59,353 nt of DNA from Candidatus Nanohaloarchaea archaeon (GCA_047617745.1 JBLGBN010000003.1:1-59353); one strand, 5' to 3'. Numbered from the stretch's first letter, positions 27,601-36,751 are shown. Notes: generated by a model not told the origin, from the letters alone. Made by a program: numbers and translations.

Positions 27601-29299
27601 GGACTGGAGCACTGTAGAGGTTATAGAGAATCCAGGCCAGTCAGCCAATCATACCCTGATCAACGTGGATCCGGGGAAAAAATACGGTTTTTCGCTTGTG
27701 GCGGTTGACAGAGCCGGGAACAGGAACAGGTCAAAAGTATACAACCTGTCCGTCGACCAGTCTCAGCCGGTTCTAGTAAAGGACTCAAAGAAACCTTTAA
27801 ACTGGGCGAACCAGAAAGAAATCGTTCCAGAAGCAGGTTTCCGGGATATCTCCGGGATTGAAGCTGCCAACTTCACGGTAAACCTCAGTACGGGAGAGGA
27901 AAAGATATCTTCCAGTATCTCATCCATTAATACCAGAGATTACAGTTTAACAGGGAACAGAAGTATAGAAACGGATAACCTGACATACTATACCGTCACT
28001 GCCGAAGTTGAGGACTCTTTTGGCCTGACAAACTCCTCAGTTAACTGGAGTTTCAAAACAGACTTCCATCCTCCGGAACCAGCGATAAACGGCTTCAGCG
28101 ATGGAGGAGCCATAGATCTGGATAACTGGCACAAAGAAAAGGTAAAGGTCGAACTGTCATGTACAGAGACAGAGAGTGAATCCGGCCATCTAGAGTCTTC
28201 CGTAAACCGGAACGGAGAGATCGCGTCTTCTGAAAACAGCCCTGAAAACTTCACGTTCAGCCGGGAAGGATCAAATGAGTACAGTTTTGAGTGTCGGGAT
28301 GTTGCAGGAAACACGGCTGAAGAAGTTCGGGAAATCAGAGTTGACTCAGAACCTCCGGAGATCGAATCGTTCAGTATTGAAAACAACTCCGAAATCCCGT
28401 CTGACACAGCTATAGGAGCAGAAATTACCGGAGAATCAGACGGTTCAGGCATTGATCCAGAGAGTTCGGAGATAAATGTAAACGGCGATGAAAAACTGGC
28501 GGATCTGACAAATAGTTCCCTCGCTCTGGACCTAGATCTCTCTGCTGGAGAAAGCTACAGTATCACCGGACAGCTAACAGACTATGTAGGAAACAGTAAC
28601 TCCTTCCACTACAGCTTTACAGTTAAATCACCTGAAACCGAAGAACAGCAGGGCGGAACAGGTGGGTCAGGAGGCGGGTCTCTGCCGGCTGCCGAAGAAA
28701 TTGAAGAGGAAGAGACAAATACCTCAGATCAAAACGGAGATGATGAACAGGAAAACAGTACAGAGGTTACAGGGAGGGCTAATAACTCAGACTCTCAGTC
28801 GAGGGAAGGTAACGAAAACCAGACATCTGAGAATAACATCCGGATTGAAAACATCAGTGCCGGAGCAAACAGTTCTCAGCTAACCGCAGAGATCGAGTTT
28901 AACAATCCCGGGCCGGAAAGAAACTACACTCTGAATATCACAGTCAATGGAGAAACATACGCGGAAGAGGTCACAGTAGGTAAAGGTGAGACATCAAAAT
29001 CTGTATCAATCCCTTCTAAAGAAGCAGAAACCTACAGCCTGAATATAAACGGGCGGAGAACAGAAGTTTCAAACATAGAGGAGAACCAACCCTCCGCTTT
29101 AACCCTGGTTATTGCAGCCGCTTTAGCATTTGCCCTGATATCAGGAGCGGTAATTTACCTGAGAAAAGAATCTGGAAAACCAGAGAAAGAGGTCAAAGAC
29201 TCACATGGCCACCACGTTGAGGAACTGGGGAGCAAAATGAATGAAAAATACACTGGGGAAGAAAACAATGATGAGGTTAAGAGAAAAAATGAAGAATAA
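24644..29299 (+). CDS. large membrane-anchored S8 (subtilisin-like) serine protease with Ig/FN3-like repeats
   Basis: Signal peptide; catalytic triad WDTG, HATHVAGT, GTSMAAP; LVWSD/NDLDL/NNVEQV domain; repeated D..GN...D..PP units; many N-x-S/T sequons; C-terminal TM. Confidence 0.92.
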   Translation: MVVRLLGVETGKLIKYSALALVLMISVSLSAGAKPVYVGPHTVEPEISPQPSISGLSLNSAESQEQRLIVSFDKVPNKTERERLEQDKNIEFLSYASNKGWIVKAEKSSLNKLETLETVLVADYRPEYKLGQEMMENGLMNRSLNGDGTANLSVEFFEDVTKGKQRRIIEKHGKVVEEPAFGNRWKIRTSSDSYMDLTEVGEVKRIENRRADIQALNDVSREVISANRLRQNPFNLTGNGFTASMWDTGWAGNHTDLRSKTTIGDRGACDNCKVMEHATHVAGTMLGAGHLNPDLKGVAPEADLISHEFYTTNAFAENMNESIRQNNSILSQNSYGKKITTRSEMGDYDQISEFFDYLVRENANVPRTTVVFAAGNERTQWSVDYNTTASFGSTAKNTITVGAVDDNSDMTSYSSWGPTDDGRIKPDVVADGGGSTGLIESTMPNGTSGYPYAGKPGTSMAAPAVSGAVILINQQFNRTHDRLPEPATTKGLLIHTAEDLHKEGPDYQTGWGLVNATRAVRFVKNLENDRIRRSHISSTGGEKSYSYDLTEERDIKFTLVWSDYPASAGSEDTLVNDLDLNVTGPNGERKYPWTLEGYSNPDSAASKDSEDHTNNVEQVHIENATPGTYRVEVEGNEVPHNQTFSLVATDTVQPPEVTISEPEGVLKKAWLNVSADKNVTEWKYQINDGSNTTFTPNITVNSVGGGDNNITVWARGEFDNWVSETSQFRRDIYPPQIDDLTPQNSTYLSGEFPVNMSTVDELTNVTDRNYALVQENTELETGEPNSSVDSSAYPDGNYTLELNATDYFGNTNETFLEVAFDNTPPEIMLERAQLRYKGGKEFINASARDSRSGVEKIDYRWQKNGSNQTAWRPVNTTFDTESLPEGKYNLSFRGVDTAGNINSSVKTVSYIDNSKPVSTRKLNLTESNLSKAVTREEKVVNFTEIGLNWSSPDSSLTDNLSGISHLQIEKRNRVFNQSTGEFEPVSDWSTVEVIENPGQSANHTLINVDPGKKYGFSLVAVDRAGNRNRSKVYNLSVDQSQPVLVKDSKKPLNWANQKEIVPEAGFRDISGIEAANFTVNLSTGEEKISSSISSINTRDYSLTGNRSIETDNLTYYTVTAEVEDSFGLTNSSVNWSFKTDFHPPEPAINGFSDGGAIDLDNWHKEKVKVELSCTETESESGHLESSVNRNGEIASSENSPENFTFSREGSNEYSFECRDVAGNTAEEVREIRVDSEPPEIESFSIENNSEIPSDTAIGAEITGESDGSGIDPESSEINVNGDEKLADLTNSSLALDLDLSAGESYSITGQLTDYVGNSNSFHYSFTVKSPETEEQQGGTGGSGGGSLPAAEEIEEEETNTSDQNGDDEQENSTEVTGRANNSDSQSREGNENQTSENNIRIENISAGANSSQLTAEIEFNNPGPERNYTLNITVNGETYAEEVTVGKGETSKSVSIPSKEAETYSLNINGRRTEVSNIEENQPSALTLVIAAALAFALISGAVIYLRKESGKPEKEVKDSHGHHVEELGSKMNEKYTGEENNDEVKRKNEE

Positions 29300-29471
29300 A
29301 GAAATCAAGAGATACACAGGTATAGCCACGATAATACTGTTCTGGCTTCTAACCCCGCTTTACCTCCAGATCGAGCACGGTTACTCCGCAATCAAAGTTT
29401 CGTTCGCGATAACGGTTTTCTACTACATAGCTTTCAAGCTCTGGAAAAGACAGAACCCGGATTCAGAATAA
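29289..29471 (+). CDS. small 2-TM membrane protein
   Basis: MKNKEIKRYTGIATIILFWLL...; overlaps the protease stop. Confidence 0.55.
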   Translation: MKNKEIKRYTGIATIILFWLLTPLYLQIEHGYSAIKVSFAITVFYYIAFKLWKRQNPDSE

Positions 29472-29502
29472 CCATAAAAAGCTGCTTAAACCCTGATCTG
29501 TT

Positions 29503-31272
29503 ATGGTAAGAAGCAGGGATGAAGTTGAGGAAAAATACAAGTGGGCTGTAGACCAGATTTATGGAGAAGGCGAGGTAGAAGAGGAAATAAACCAGGTAAA
29601 TAATCTCCTAGAGAAAATCAAAGGCTATAGAGGAGACCTTAAACAGGAGTCTGAACTTGAAGAGTTTCTGAAGAACTACTCCAGATGCAGAAGAAAGCTG
29701 TCTACACTGTCCCGCTACGCCTCTATGAAGAGCGATGAAGACACACGAGACCAGGAGGCACAGGCACTGAAAAGCAGGATAAACTCGCTCAGCTCAAAGG
29801 TATCCGAGGAAACCAGTTTTGTCCGCATAGAGATACAGGAAATTGGTGAAGACAAAATCGGGGAAATGATAGATAGAAATGATGAAATAGCAAAACGAGA
29901 TCATTATCTAAGGGAGATACTCCGGCTTAAGCCACACACCAGGTCGCTTGAAGTTGAGGAAACCATCTCGTCTCTGTCAGAGGTGCTCGATGCCCCTTCA
30001 GAGACATACTCTATGCTTTCAAACGCGGATATCAAGTTCCCGGAAGTCGATAGAGAAGGAGAAAAAGTAAGGATAACTAACTCCAACTTCACAAAACTGC
30101 TGAAAGACAGCAACCAGAATTTCAGGCGAGAGGTATACGATAAATACTACGAAACTCTGGAGAATTACGAGAACACTATAGGAACCACATTCTCAAAGGA
30201 AATAAGATCGAACGTTAAGCTGGCAGAACTGAAGAACTACAGCTCAGCAAGAGAGTCAGCACTGAAACCTAACAATATCCCTCTTACAGTCTACGACAAC
30301 CTCATTGAAACCGTGAACGAGAACCTCGATGTTCTCCACAGCCATATGGAGCTAAAAGCTGAAGCCCGAAACCTGGAAAAACCTGGAATGGAGGACCTAT
30401 ATCTACCGATCCCGGAAAGTGAAGGCCCTGAAATAACCTACGAGGAAGCCAAAGAACACATTTTAGAGGCGCTGAAGCCACTGGGCGAGGAATATGTAGA
30501 GAAAGCCAGAGAAGGGCTTGAAAACCGCTGGGTCGATGTCTACGAAACAGAGGGTAAGAGATCCGGCGCTTACTCGGGCGGTTCTTACGATACAAGGCCT
30601 TTCATCCTGATGAACTACCAAAACGATATCAACTCCATGTTCACACTGGCACACGAGCTCGGCCACTCCATGCACTCCCAGCTAACCTCAGAGAACCAGC
30701 CCTACCTTCACAGCAGCTACAAGATATTTGTTGCGGAGGTCGCATCAACAGTTAACGAAGCTCTTCTAACAGACTATCTGCTTGAAAACGTAGATGATCC
30801 AGAGTTCAGAAAACATGTTCTAAGCCACTCACTGGAGAACTTTAGATCTACTCTTTTCCGGCAGACAATGTTCGCAGACTTTGAGCAAAAAATCCACGAA
30901 AAAGCAGAATCAGGCGAAGCTATAACACCCGAAGTTGCCAGCGAAATCTACGGCGACCTGAAATCTAATTTCTACGAACCGGTAGAAATGGATGACCACA
31001 TAGAAAATGAATGGATGAGAATTCCGCATTTCTACTACAGCTTCTACGTGTTCCAGTACGCAACAGGTATCTCTGCCGCAAACAGAATCAAGGAGCTGAT
31101 TAAGGAAGAAGGACCGGAAAAATACCTCGAGTTCCTGAAAAGCGGAGGGAGCGCACCACCGCTCGAACTATTGAGCAAAACAGGGGTTAACATGGAGGAC
31201 AGGGAGCCGGTTAAAGCCGCTATCGAAAATTACAGGGAAAGAGTAGAGCAGATGAGAGAAGAGATTAAGTAG
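29503..31272 (+). CDS. pepF: oligoendopeptidase F (M3B)
   Basis: GKRSGAYS, LAHELGHSMHS, FVAEVAS and WMRIPHFY. Confidence 0.95.
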   Translation: MVRSRDEVEEKYKWAVDQIYGEGEVEEEINQVNNLLEKIKGYRGDLKQESELEEFLKNYSRCRRKLSTLSRYASMKSDEDTRDQEAQALKSRINSLSSKVSEETSFVRIEIQEIGEDKIGEMIDRNDEIAKRDHYLREILRLKPHTRSLEVEETISSLSEVLDAPSETYSMLSNADIKFPEVDREGEKVRITNSNFTKLLKDSNQNFRREVYDKYYETLENYENTIGTTFSKEIRSNVKLAELKNYSSARESALKPNNIPLTVYDNLIETVNENLDVLHSHMELKAEARNLEKPGMEDLYLPIPESEGPEITYEEAKEHILEALKPLGEEYVEKAREGLENRWVDVYETEGKRSGAYSGGSYDTRPFILMNYQNDINSMFTLAHELGHSMHSQLTSENQPYLHSSYKIFVAEVASTVNEALLTDYLLENVDDPEFRKHVLSHSLENFRSTLFRQTMFADFEQKIHEKAESGEAITPEVASEIYGDLKSNFYEPVEMDDHIENEWMRIPHFYYSFYVFQYATGISAANRIKELIKEEGPEKYLEFLKSGGSAPPLELLSKTGVNMEDREPVKAAIENYRERVEQMREEIK

Positions 31273-31310
31273 AGTGAAAGTTTAAACATTTACCAGCCAA
31301 ATTCCCTAGT

Positions 31311-32348
31311 ATGAAAGAACTTCTGAAGAAACTGGTTGAAACACCGGGCGTTTCCGGCAGCGAAAGCAAGATTCGCGAGATAATAAAAGAAGAAATAGAA
31401 GAGGACGCCGACTCTATCGAAGTCGATAATATGGGCAACCTGATCGCCCGGAAAGGCGATGGCGAGAAAACACTTATGCTCACCGTCCACATGGACCAGA
31501 TAGGTCTAACTGTCAAGAGAATAGACGAAGAAGGATTCATCAAGTTCTCAAAGGTCGGAGGAGTAACCACACAGTCCTTGATGAATCAAAGAGTCGAAAT
31601 ACATACAGATGAAGGCATAGTTGCAGGAGTCATAGGGATGAAACCACCCCACCTCATGGAAAAGGAGGAAAGAGATAAACTACCCGAGAAGGACAGCCTG
31701 TTCATTGATATTGGCGCTGAAGATGACGAAGCGGTCGAGGAGGCAGGAGTAAACGTAGGTAACTACATAACCTTTGAGAGAGAATCAAGAGAACTTCTTG
31801 GAGATTACCTCACCTCAATGGCGATGGATAACAGAGTTGGATGCCTTGTAGGTATTGAATCACTGAGGAGATTCAACGAGAACTACGAACTGGCCGTGGT
31901 GTTCTCAACACAGGAAGAAGTAGGTTTGAAAGGAGCAAAAACCTCTGCATACAAAATAGATCCTGATGCGGCGCTTGCAATAGATGTATCAATAGCGGGA
32001 GACTCACCGGGGATCGAGCCACAGGAATCCGACCTTGAGATCGGAGAAGGCGTGGAGATAACCATGATGCAGAGCGAAGGTAGAGGCCTTATAACGCCTG
32101 AAAGCATAAGAGAGTGGCTGCTCACCACTGCTGAAGAAAAAGAACATGACCATCAAAGAGGTGTATGGGAAGGAGGAGCAACAGATGCAGCAAAGATAAA
32201 CCTCGTGAAAGAAGGAATACCTACCGGATCACTTGGTGTACCTCTGAGAAATATGCATTCTGCGACAGAAGTAGTCAAAATATCCGACATAGAGGACACT
32301 GTAGAATTCGTTGAAGACACTTTCCGGACGTTCGAAGACTACTTTTAG
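31311..32348 (+). CDS. M42 family aminopeptidase (TET-like)
   Basis: HMDQIG, MDNRVG, QEEVGLKGA, GATDA and MHS. Confidence 0.92.
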   Translation: MKELLKKLVETPGVSGSESKIREIIKEEIEEDADSIEVDNMGNLIARKGDGEKTLMLTVHMDQIGLTVKRIDEEGFIKFSKVGGVTTQSLMNQRVEIHTDEGIVAGVIGMKPPHLMEKEERDKLPEKDSLFIDIGAEDDEAVEEAGVNVGNYITFERESRELLGDYLTSMAMDNRVGCLVGIESLRRFNENYELAVVFSTQEEVGLKGAKTSAYKIDPDAALAIDVSIAGDSPGIEPQESDLEIGEGVEITMMQSEGRGLITPESIREWLLTTAEEKEHDHQRGVWEGGATDAAKINLVKEGIPTGSLGVPLRNMHSATEVVKISDIEDTVEFVEDTFRTFEDYF

Positions 32349-32355
32349 TCGGCAG

Positions 32356-32448
32356 GTTAGAGCTACTGGAGAGAAACCAGGAGCGGAAAGCTTCCTGGCC
32401 TATATCCGCGATAAGTACAGCAGTATTCGACTTGATTTGAAAACCTAG
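32356..32448 (+). pseudogene. 3' remnant of an M32 carboxypeptidase
   Basis: VRATGEKPGAESFLAYIRDKYSSI resembles the ATGE....YFL.Y...KY C-terminus of M32 enzymes; no start codon. Confidence 0.5.
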
Positions 32449-32466
32449 TTTCCCCCAGATAGTGTT

Positions 32467-32601
32467 TTAGGCGGTTACGGCTGTATCTGCCAGACAGTTG
32501 TGGTGAGCGTAGCCCTCTGCAGCTTCCACATGACTTTCGTCGCTGTGGACTCTCTGACCACAGATCAGGCAGATACCTAGCCTGTCCGAAATATTTTCCA
32601 T
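32467..32601 (-). CDS. zinc-finger microprotein, 44 aa (not in ORF track)
   Basis: MENISDRLGICLICGQRVHSDESHVEAAEGYAHHNCLADTAVTA*; GGAGGGG SD; paralog at 33167-33313. Confidence 0.75.
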   Translation of the reverse strand: MENISDRLGICLICGQRVHSDESHVEAAEGYAHHNCLADTAVTA

Positions 32602-32682
32602 GTTCTCCCCTCCACCCCATTATTAGTGTTCCTATATCTATAAACCTATGTGACCACTTCAAAGTTAGAATAAAAGATGCAG

Positions 32683-33087
32683 CTACTGTATCTGCTTAAT
32701 TCGGTACAGCTGGAGGAAATCGCCGTCAAATTCTTCCGGGTTATCCCGATATCTGAAACTGAGACTGTAGGCTTCATTGCCTAGAACTATAATTTTACTT
32801 AAGGTTCTTCTCTCGCCGTCGCTTGTAGTGTTCAACTCCCACTGCTTGTCACCGTTTTCAATATACGCCCGGAACTCGTTCCAGTTCTCATAGGTTATGT
32901 TTACAGAACGGTTATCAAATTCAACTCTCTCCTCCTGATTATCCGAATCCAGAGTCAAGTTAAAATCGGAGCTGTAAAGCTCTGACTGCTGAGGCTGGGA
33001 AAAAACGTCGCCGATAACCATTCCGGCGCCGACCGCGACTATAAACACAGAGATGCCAACCAAAACTTCTCTCTTTTCGAACTCCAT
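32683..33087 (-). CDS. hypothetical membrane-anchored protein
   Basis: N-terminal TM (VLVGISVFIVAVGAGMVIG); start taken as MEFEKREV. Confidence 0.7.
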   Translation of the reverse strand: MEFEKREVLVGISVFIVAVGAGMVIGDVFSQPQQSELYSSDFNLTLDSDNQEERVEFDNRSVNITYENWNEFRAYIENGDKQWELNTTSDGERRTLSKIIVLGNEAYSLSFRYRDNPEEFDGDFLQLYRIKQIQ

Positions 33088-33166
33088 GAAGAACGATAGA
33101 CCGAAGAACATTATAAAAATGAATACAGGAGAAGTAAACGCAGTTTACAAAATAGAGAAGAGGAGG

Positions 33167-33313
33167 TTAGAGACAGGCCCGGTGACAGTAACCCTCCTCC
33201 GCAGTCACAAAATCGTGCCTGTTAAGCACCCTGTCACCGCATATAACGCATTTGCCGAACTTTTTCTCCGAGACCTCCTGTCTGTAAAGGGACATTGTGT
33301 TCTGTGTAGCCAT
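33167..33313 (-). CDS. zinc-finger microprotein, 48 aa (not in ORF track)
   Basis: MATQNTMSLYRQEVSEKKFGKCVICGDRVLNRHDFVTAEEGYCHRACL*; GGGGT SD; pyrimidine tract after the stop. Confidence 0.75.
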   Translation of the reverse strand: MATQNTMSLYRQEVSEKKFGKCVICGDRVLNRHDFVTAEEGYCHRACL

Positions 33314-33534
33314 TCGTTTTTTACCCCGCTAACCCTATATTGGAAAAGCTCTATTATAAGCTTTTTTCAGAAAACAGTAATTTTAAACGTTCATAGAACC
33401 AAATAAACGTTTATAGGAGTTCATTAGCTAGAATAAAGGTTTATTGATCCTAGAAAAATCTTTTAGATCTTATTTCTACCTAGAAAAATTCTGGACACCA
33501 AAGACTAAAAGGAATGCGGTTAAACCACTGAAAC

Positions 33535-33996
33535 ATGAAGACGTCCAAACTCAAAGAATTAATTCTTGAAACTTCAGAAATTAGATCCATACCCCTGGTC
33601 GCAGTAGCTATACTCCTAGTAACAGGAGTCCTGCTTTTAGAGCTTCAGACCAGCGAAGTGAGGTATAACATCGATGGAAAGGCAGAGCTTGAACATATAG
33701 AAGGCAACCATCTAGGTAACGCGATCATCTACACAGAATCCTACCTACCTGTGTTGATCCAGGAACCAGATCTGGAGGCCTGCATATACTCCAAGAATAA
33801 CAGAACGCCCACAATATTACCGGTAGACACCACAGAAGTGCTGTTTACTACTTCTAATATTGAAAATCTGGATATCCGGCTCTCAATCCCACGCGACAAA
33901 CTCGACAGGAACTATCCCGAGGGCGAAGTAAACCTGACTTTGATGGAAAAATGCCCGCTTAGAGGCAGTTCAGAGATTGTGCTGACAGAGAAGTAA
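33535..33996 (+). CDS. hypothetical membrane-anchored protein
   Basis: Single N-terminal TM helix. Confidence 0.65.
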   Translation: MKTSKLKELILETSEIRSIPLVAVAILLVTGVLLLELQTSEVRYNIDGKAELEHIEGNHLGNAIIYTESYLPVLIQEPDLEACIYSKNNRTPTILPVDTTEVLFTTSNIENLDIRLSIPRDKLDRNYPEGEVNLTLMEKCPLRGSSEIVLTEK

Positions 33997-34001
33997 AAGG
34001 T

Positions 34002-35612
34002 TTACTCGGGCTGCGACTCCCTATTTTTCTCCAGCATAGTCTCCACAGCTTCTGAGGATGGAGTCATAACAGTCCTGATCTCGGCTTCTGTTATATCATC
34101 TATATCTTCCATCTGAGAGCTGTAATGGTTGAAAAGTTCTTCGCCCAGTGCTTCCTCGGCTTTATCTGGGTTGTAGCGCATATAGCTTATATAGCCGAGC
34201 CCAACAGGCGTTGTGACAGCAATATCTTGATCTCCTGCTGTATCTGTAAACACTTCAGATTTCTGATGGCCTACGCCAAGCCCGTGGAAGAGTTCATGAG
34301 CTATTATCCCTCTACTGTCAAGCTCGTCCACTATAAAAGGAAACCTATCGGACTCCATAACCATCTCAGCCCGGTCCTCGCTGTTAAGAAGAGCTATACC
34401 TGTAGAGGTTTTATCCTCTTCAAACAGTTGGTCGAATTCCGAAACCCCTGCTATCGATCGCTTTTCACCTATAGGATCGACATCAAGAAGAAGCTGATAG
34501 TCTCTTTCACCTTCCCCAGCTATTTCCTGAAACTCTGCGAGCCTTTCTCTGGATTTTTCGGCTTCAAGCTCTATCTCTGTGTAATCGATCGATACATCAT
34601 ACATTGATTCATGGTAGAAACTGCCGAGCACAGCTTCAACCACATCTTTAGCTGGTTCAAGGAATACAGCGGTTTTTTCCGTTCCGTAAAGCTCAATTTC
34701 TATCGGCTCCTGGCTCTTTCTCTTCTCAGGTTCCTGGCCTAGTGCTTCTGCCAGCTGGCTCAGCTGTTCAGGCTGTGAAGCCCTTTCTTCGAGAGAGTTC
34801 ACCGCCTGCTCCGGGTTTTCTTCAGCCAGCTGACTGTATAAAATCTCCAGATCACCTGCGTTAACCTCTCCGCCCCGGTTATAGTCGAGAACATGTGGTA
34901 CAAAGTCCTGAAAGAATGGAGTGCTACTAAGATATGACGCGCGGAAAACATCTGCTTCAGTGAGTTCTCCGTCCGAGTTGAAATCATGTAGGTTTCCATT
35001 AACTATCATCGGTGTTTCATCAACTACAGCCCGGGTTACACTTTCGTATGCCTCTTCCCTGATATTTTCAAGTCCTTTTTCAAGCTGGTAAGTCATGGAT
35101 AAAGCTTCTAGAGCTCCGCTTGCATAGATATCAGAAATCTGAAGGCCGGAATCACTCGAGTTCTGGATCGATCTCTGCAGGTCTTCTCTGACATCTCTAA
35201 GGTCTGAGACTGTCTCACCCACATTTTCCTCCCAGCCGGTTTCAATACCCAGAAAAGCGGGATCCGCAAGGTAAATATTCATAGAACCGGTTTCAGGCAG
35301 TGAAAGACCATCAGTGTCGAAATTTTCCGGATATCCGTGTTCTGTTTCCTTCAGCAGAGTGTAGCCTGCTCTACCATCAAAAAAGCTATTTTCAGGCGTC
35401 AAATCAGTATTTGATGTTTCAGCTATCCTATAATCTGCCCCATTAGATGGGCGGCACAGCACATAATCTTCTGCTATCTGCCCTTCACATATTGACATAG
35501 CCTGCCGGGCCTGACTGCTCAGGTCGGAAAGCCGATCAATACTTATGTCAGAATCCAGAAGACCTCCTGATCCCAGCGCGCCAACAGATTTAATGAAATC
35601 CCTTCTTTCCAT
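34002..35612 (-). CDS. Tat-exported protein with dockerin/EF-hand-like pair and metzincin zinc motif
   Basis: MERRDFIK twin-arginine motif; DFNSDGELTEAD and DYNRGGEVNAGD; HELFHGLGVGH. Confidence 0.7.
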   Translation of the reverse strand: MERRDFIKSVGALGSGGLLDSDISIDRLSDLSSQARQAMSICEGQIAEDYVLCRPSNGADYRIAETSNTDLTPENSFFDGRAGYTLLKETEHGYPENFDTDGLSLPETGSMNIYLADPAFLGIETGWEENVGETVSDLRDVREDLQRSIQNSSDSGLQISDIYASGALEALSMTYQLEKGLENIREEAYESVTRAVVDETPMIVNGNLHDFNSDGELTEADVFRASYLSSTPFFQDFVPHVLDYNRGGEVNAGDLEILYSQLAEENPEQAVNSLEERASQPEQLSQLAEALGQEPEKRKSQEPIEIELYGTEKTAVFLEPAKDVVEAVLGSFYHESMYDVSIDYTEIELEAEKSRERLAEFQEIAGEGERDYQLLLDVDPIGEKRSIAGVSEFDQLFEEDKTSTGIALLNSEDRAEMVMESDRFPFIVDELDSRGIIAHELFHGLGVGHQKSEVFTDTAGDQDIAVTTPVGLGYISYMRYNPDKAEEALGEELFNHYSSQMEDIDDITEAEIRTVMTPSSEAVETMLEKNRESQPE

Positions 35613-35782
35613 AAAAAACATTGAATTTGTTACCAGGAAGATATTAAAAACCGATAGGTGACGTAGAAAATCGGAAAAACTGTTTCGTGTATCATAAACT
35701 GATATACTGTTTATCTCTGCTAACGGAACTAACGGAACACTTCAAAAAGCTATTTTTAAATTAGATCTTTTTATTTTAACTT

Positions 35783-36520
35783 ATGGCCTCCAAAAATGAA
35801 ATAGAAACCATAAAAAAGCTAGCAAATCAGGGAAAATCCGTTAACACAATTAAAAATAAATTAGAATTGCCTAAATCAACAGTTTACTATCATTTCAGAA
35901 AAGAAGTTGGACAAAAACAGAAAGAAAAACAAATCAGTATACCACAGGACCAAGATTTCAAAGGAGAACTCTGTGGACTATTCGCAGGAGATGGCGGATT
36001 CCAAAAAGACAAAAATGGAAGCTACCGGATAAGATTTTATCTAAACTACAACTACAGATACTGGACACTTCTAGCCAATTATCTAGAGAAAAGACTAAGC
36101 AAGCAACCTAATATATACAAAAATCCGAGATCCTCTAAAACAATTCTAAATTATTGCTCTAAGAAGCTATACAAATTCCTAAGATCAAATTTGTGGTGGG
36201 AAAAAGATAAGACTTCAAGTATTTGCTTAAAGCCGGAGAAAGATTTCAGCAGAAACTTCAAAACTGGTTTTCTAAGAGGTTTTATAGATACAGATGGTTA
36301 TAGAAGGCCCGATCACAAGCGTTATGTATTTACAAGCGCCAGCGATGATCTTATCAAAAATACAAGCAATATCTTGACTTCACTAGGCATACAAAACACC
36401 TCTTTTAATGAAGAAGATGAACGCGGCTATATGACCAAGCATAAGATACGTATAACAGGAGAGGATGTAGACAAATTCAATTCTAAGATAAAACCAAGAA
36501 ATCCTAAGAGAAGATACTAG
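35783..36520 (+). CDS. free-standing HTH plus double-motif LAGLIDADG endonuclease
   Basis: QGKSVNTIKNKLELPKSTVYYHF HTH; ELCGLFAGDG and GFLRGFIDTDG motifs; Lys-rich and AT-rich. Confidence 0.85.
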   Translation: MASKNEIETIKKLANQGKSVNTIKNKLELPKSTVYYHFRKEVGQKQKEKQISIPQDQDFKGELCGLFAGDGGFQKDKNGSYRIRFYLNYNYRYWTLLANYLEKRLSKQPNIYKNPRSSKTILNYCSKKLYKFLRSNLWWEKDKTSSICLKPEKDFSRNFKTGFLRGFIDTDGYRRPDHKRYVFTSASDDLIKNTSNILTSLGIQNTSFNEEDERGYMTKHKIRITGEDVDKFNSKIKPRNPKRRY

Positions 36521-36649
36521 TGCGGCGTCGGGGATTTGAACCCCGGTTCCGACCAATCTGCCTATCGAGAAACGAATTCTCTCAAACTCGCTTCGCAGAG
36601 GAAGCAAGTGTTGGCAAGGTCGTGTCTTAGGCCACTGGACCAACGCCGC
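36521..36649 (-). tRNA. tRNA-Gly(GCC) with a 56-nt intron at position 37/38 (intron 36556-36611)
   Basis: Acceptor GCGGCGT/ACGCCGC; anticodon stem CGACC/GGTCG; loop TTGCCA|T; BHB-like helix TTGC/GCAG. Exons 38+35 = 73 nt. Confidence 0.9.
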
Positions 36650-36751
36650 AAGATTACCATGTAAATTGATTGGTTACTTGCAATATTAAAAATGGATCGG
36701 ACCCGGGAATCGAACCATTTTTGAATTTGGCATCCGACTTAATTTCCACGA

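Noticed and set aside
32363..32662. 99-aa minus-strand ORF
   Set aside because: Arg/Gly-rich alternative frame over the real 44-aa zinc-finger gene.
33053..33406. 117-aa plus-strand ORF
   Set aside because: Overlaps the better-supported minus-strand zinc-finger microprotein and has atypical composition.
35783..36520. Intein or intron-encoded endonuclease
   Set aside because: No splicing residues or host extein, and the ORF lies outside the tRNA intron on the opposite strand.
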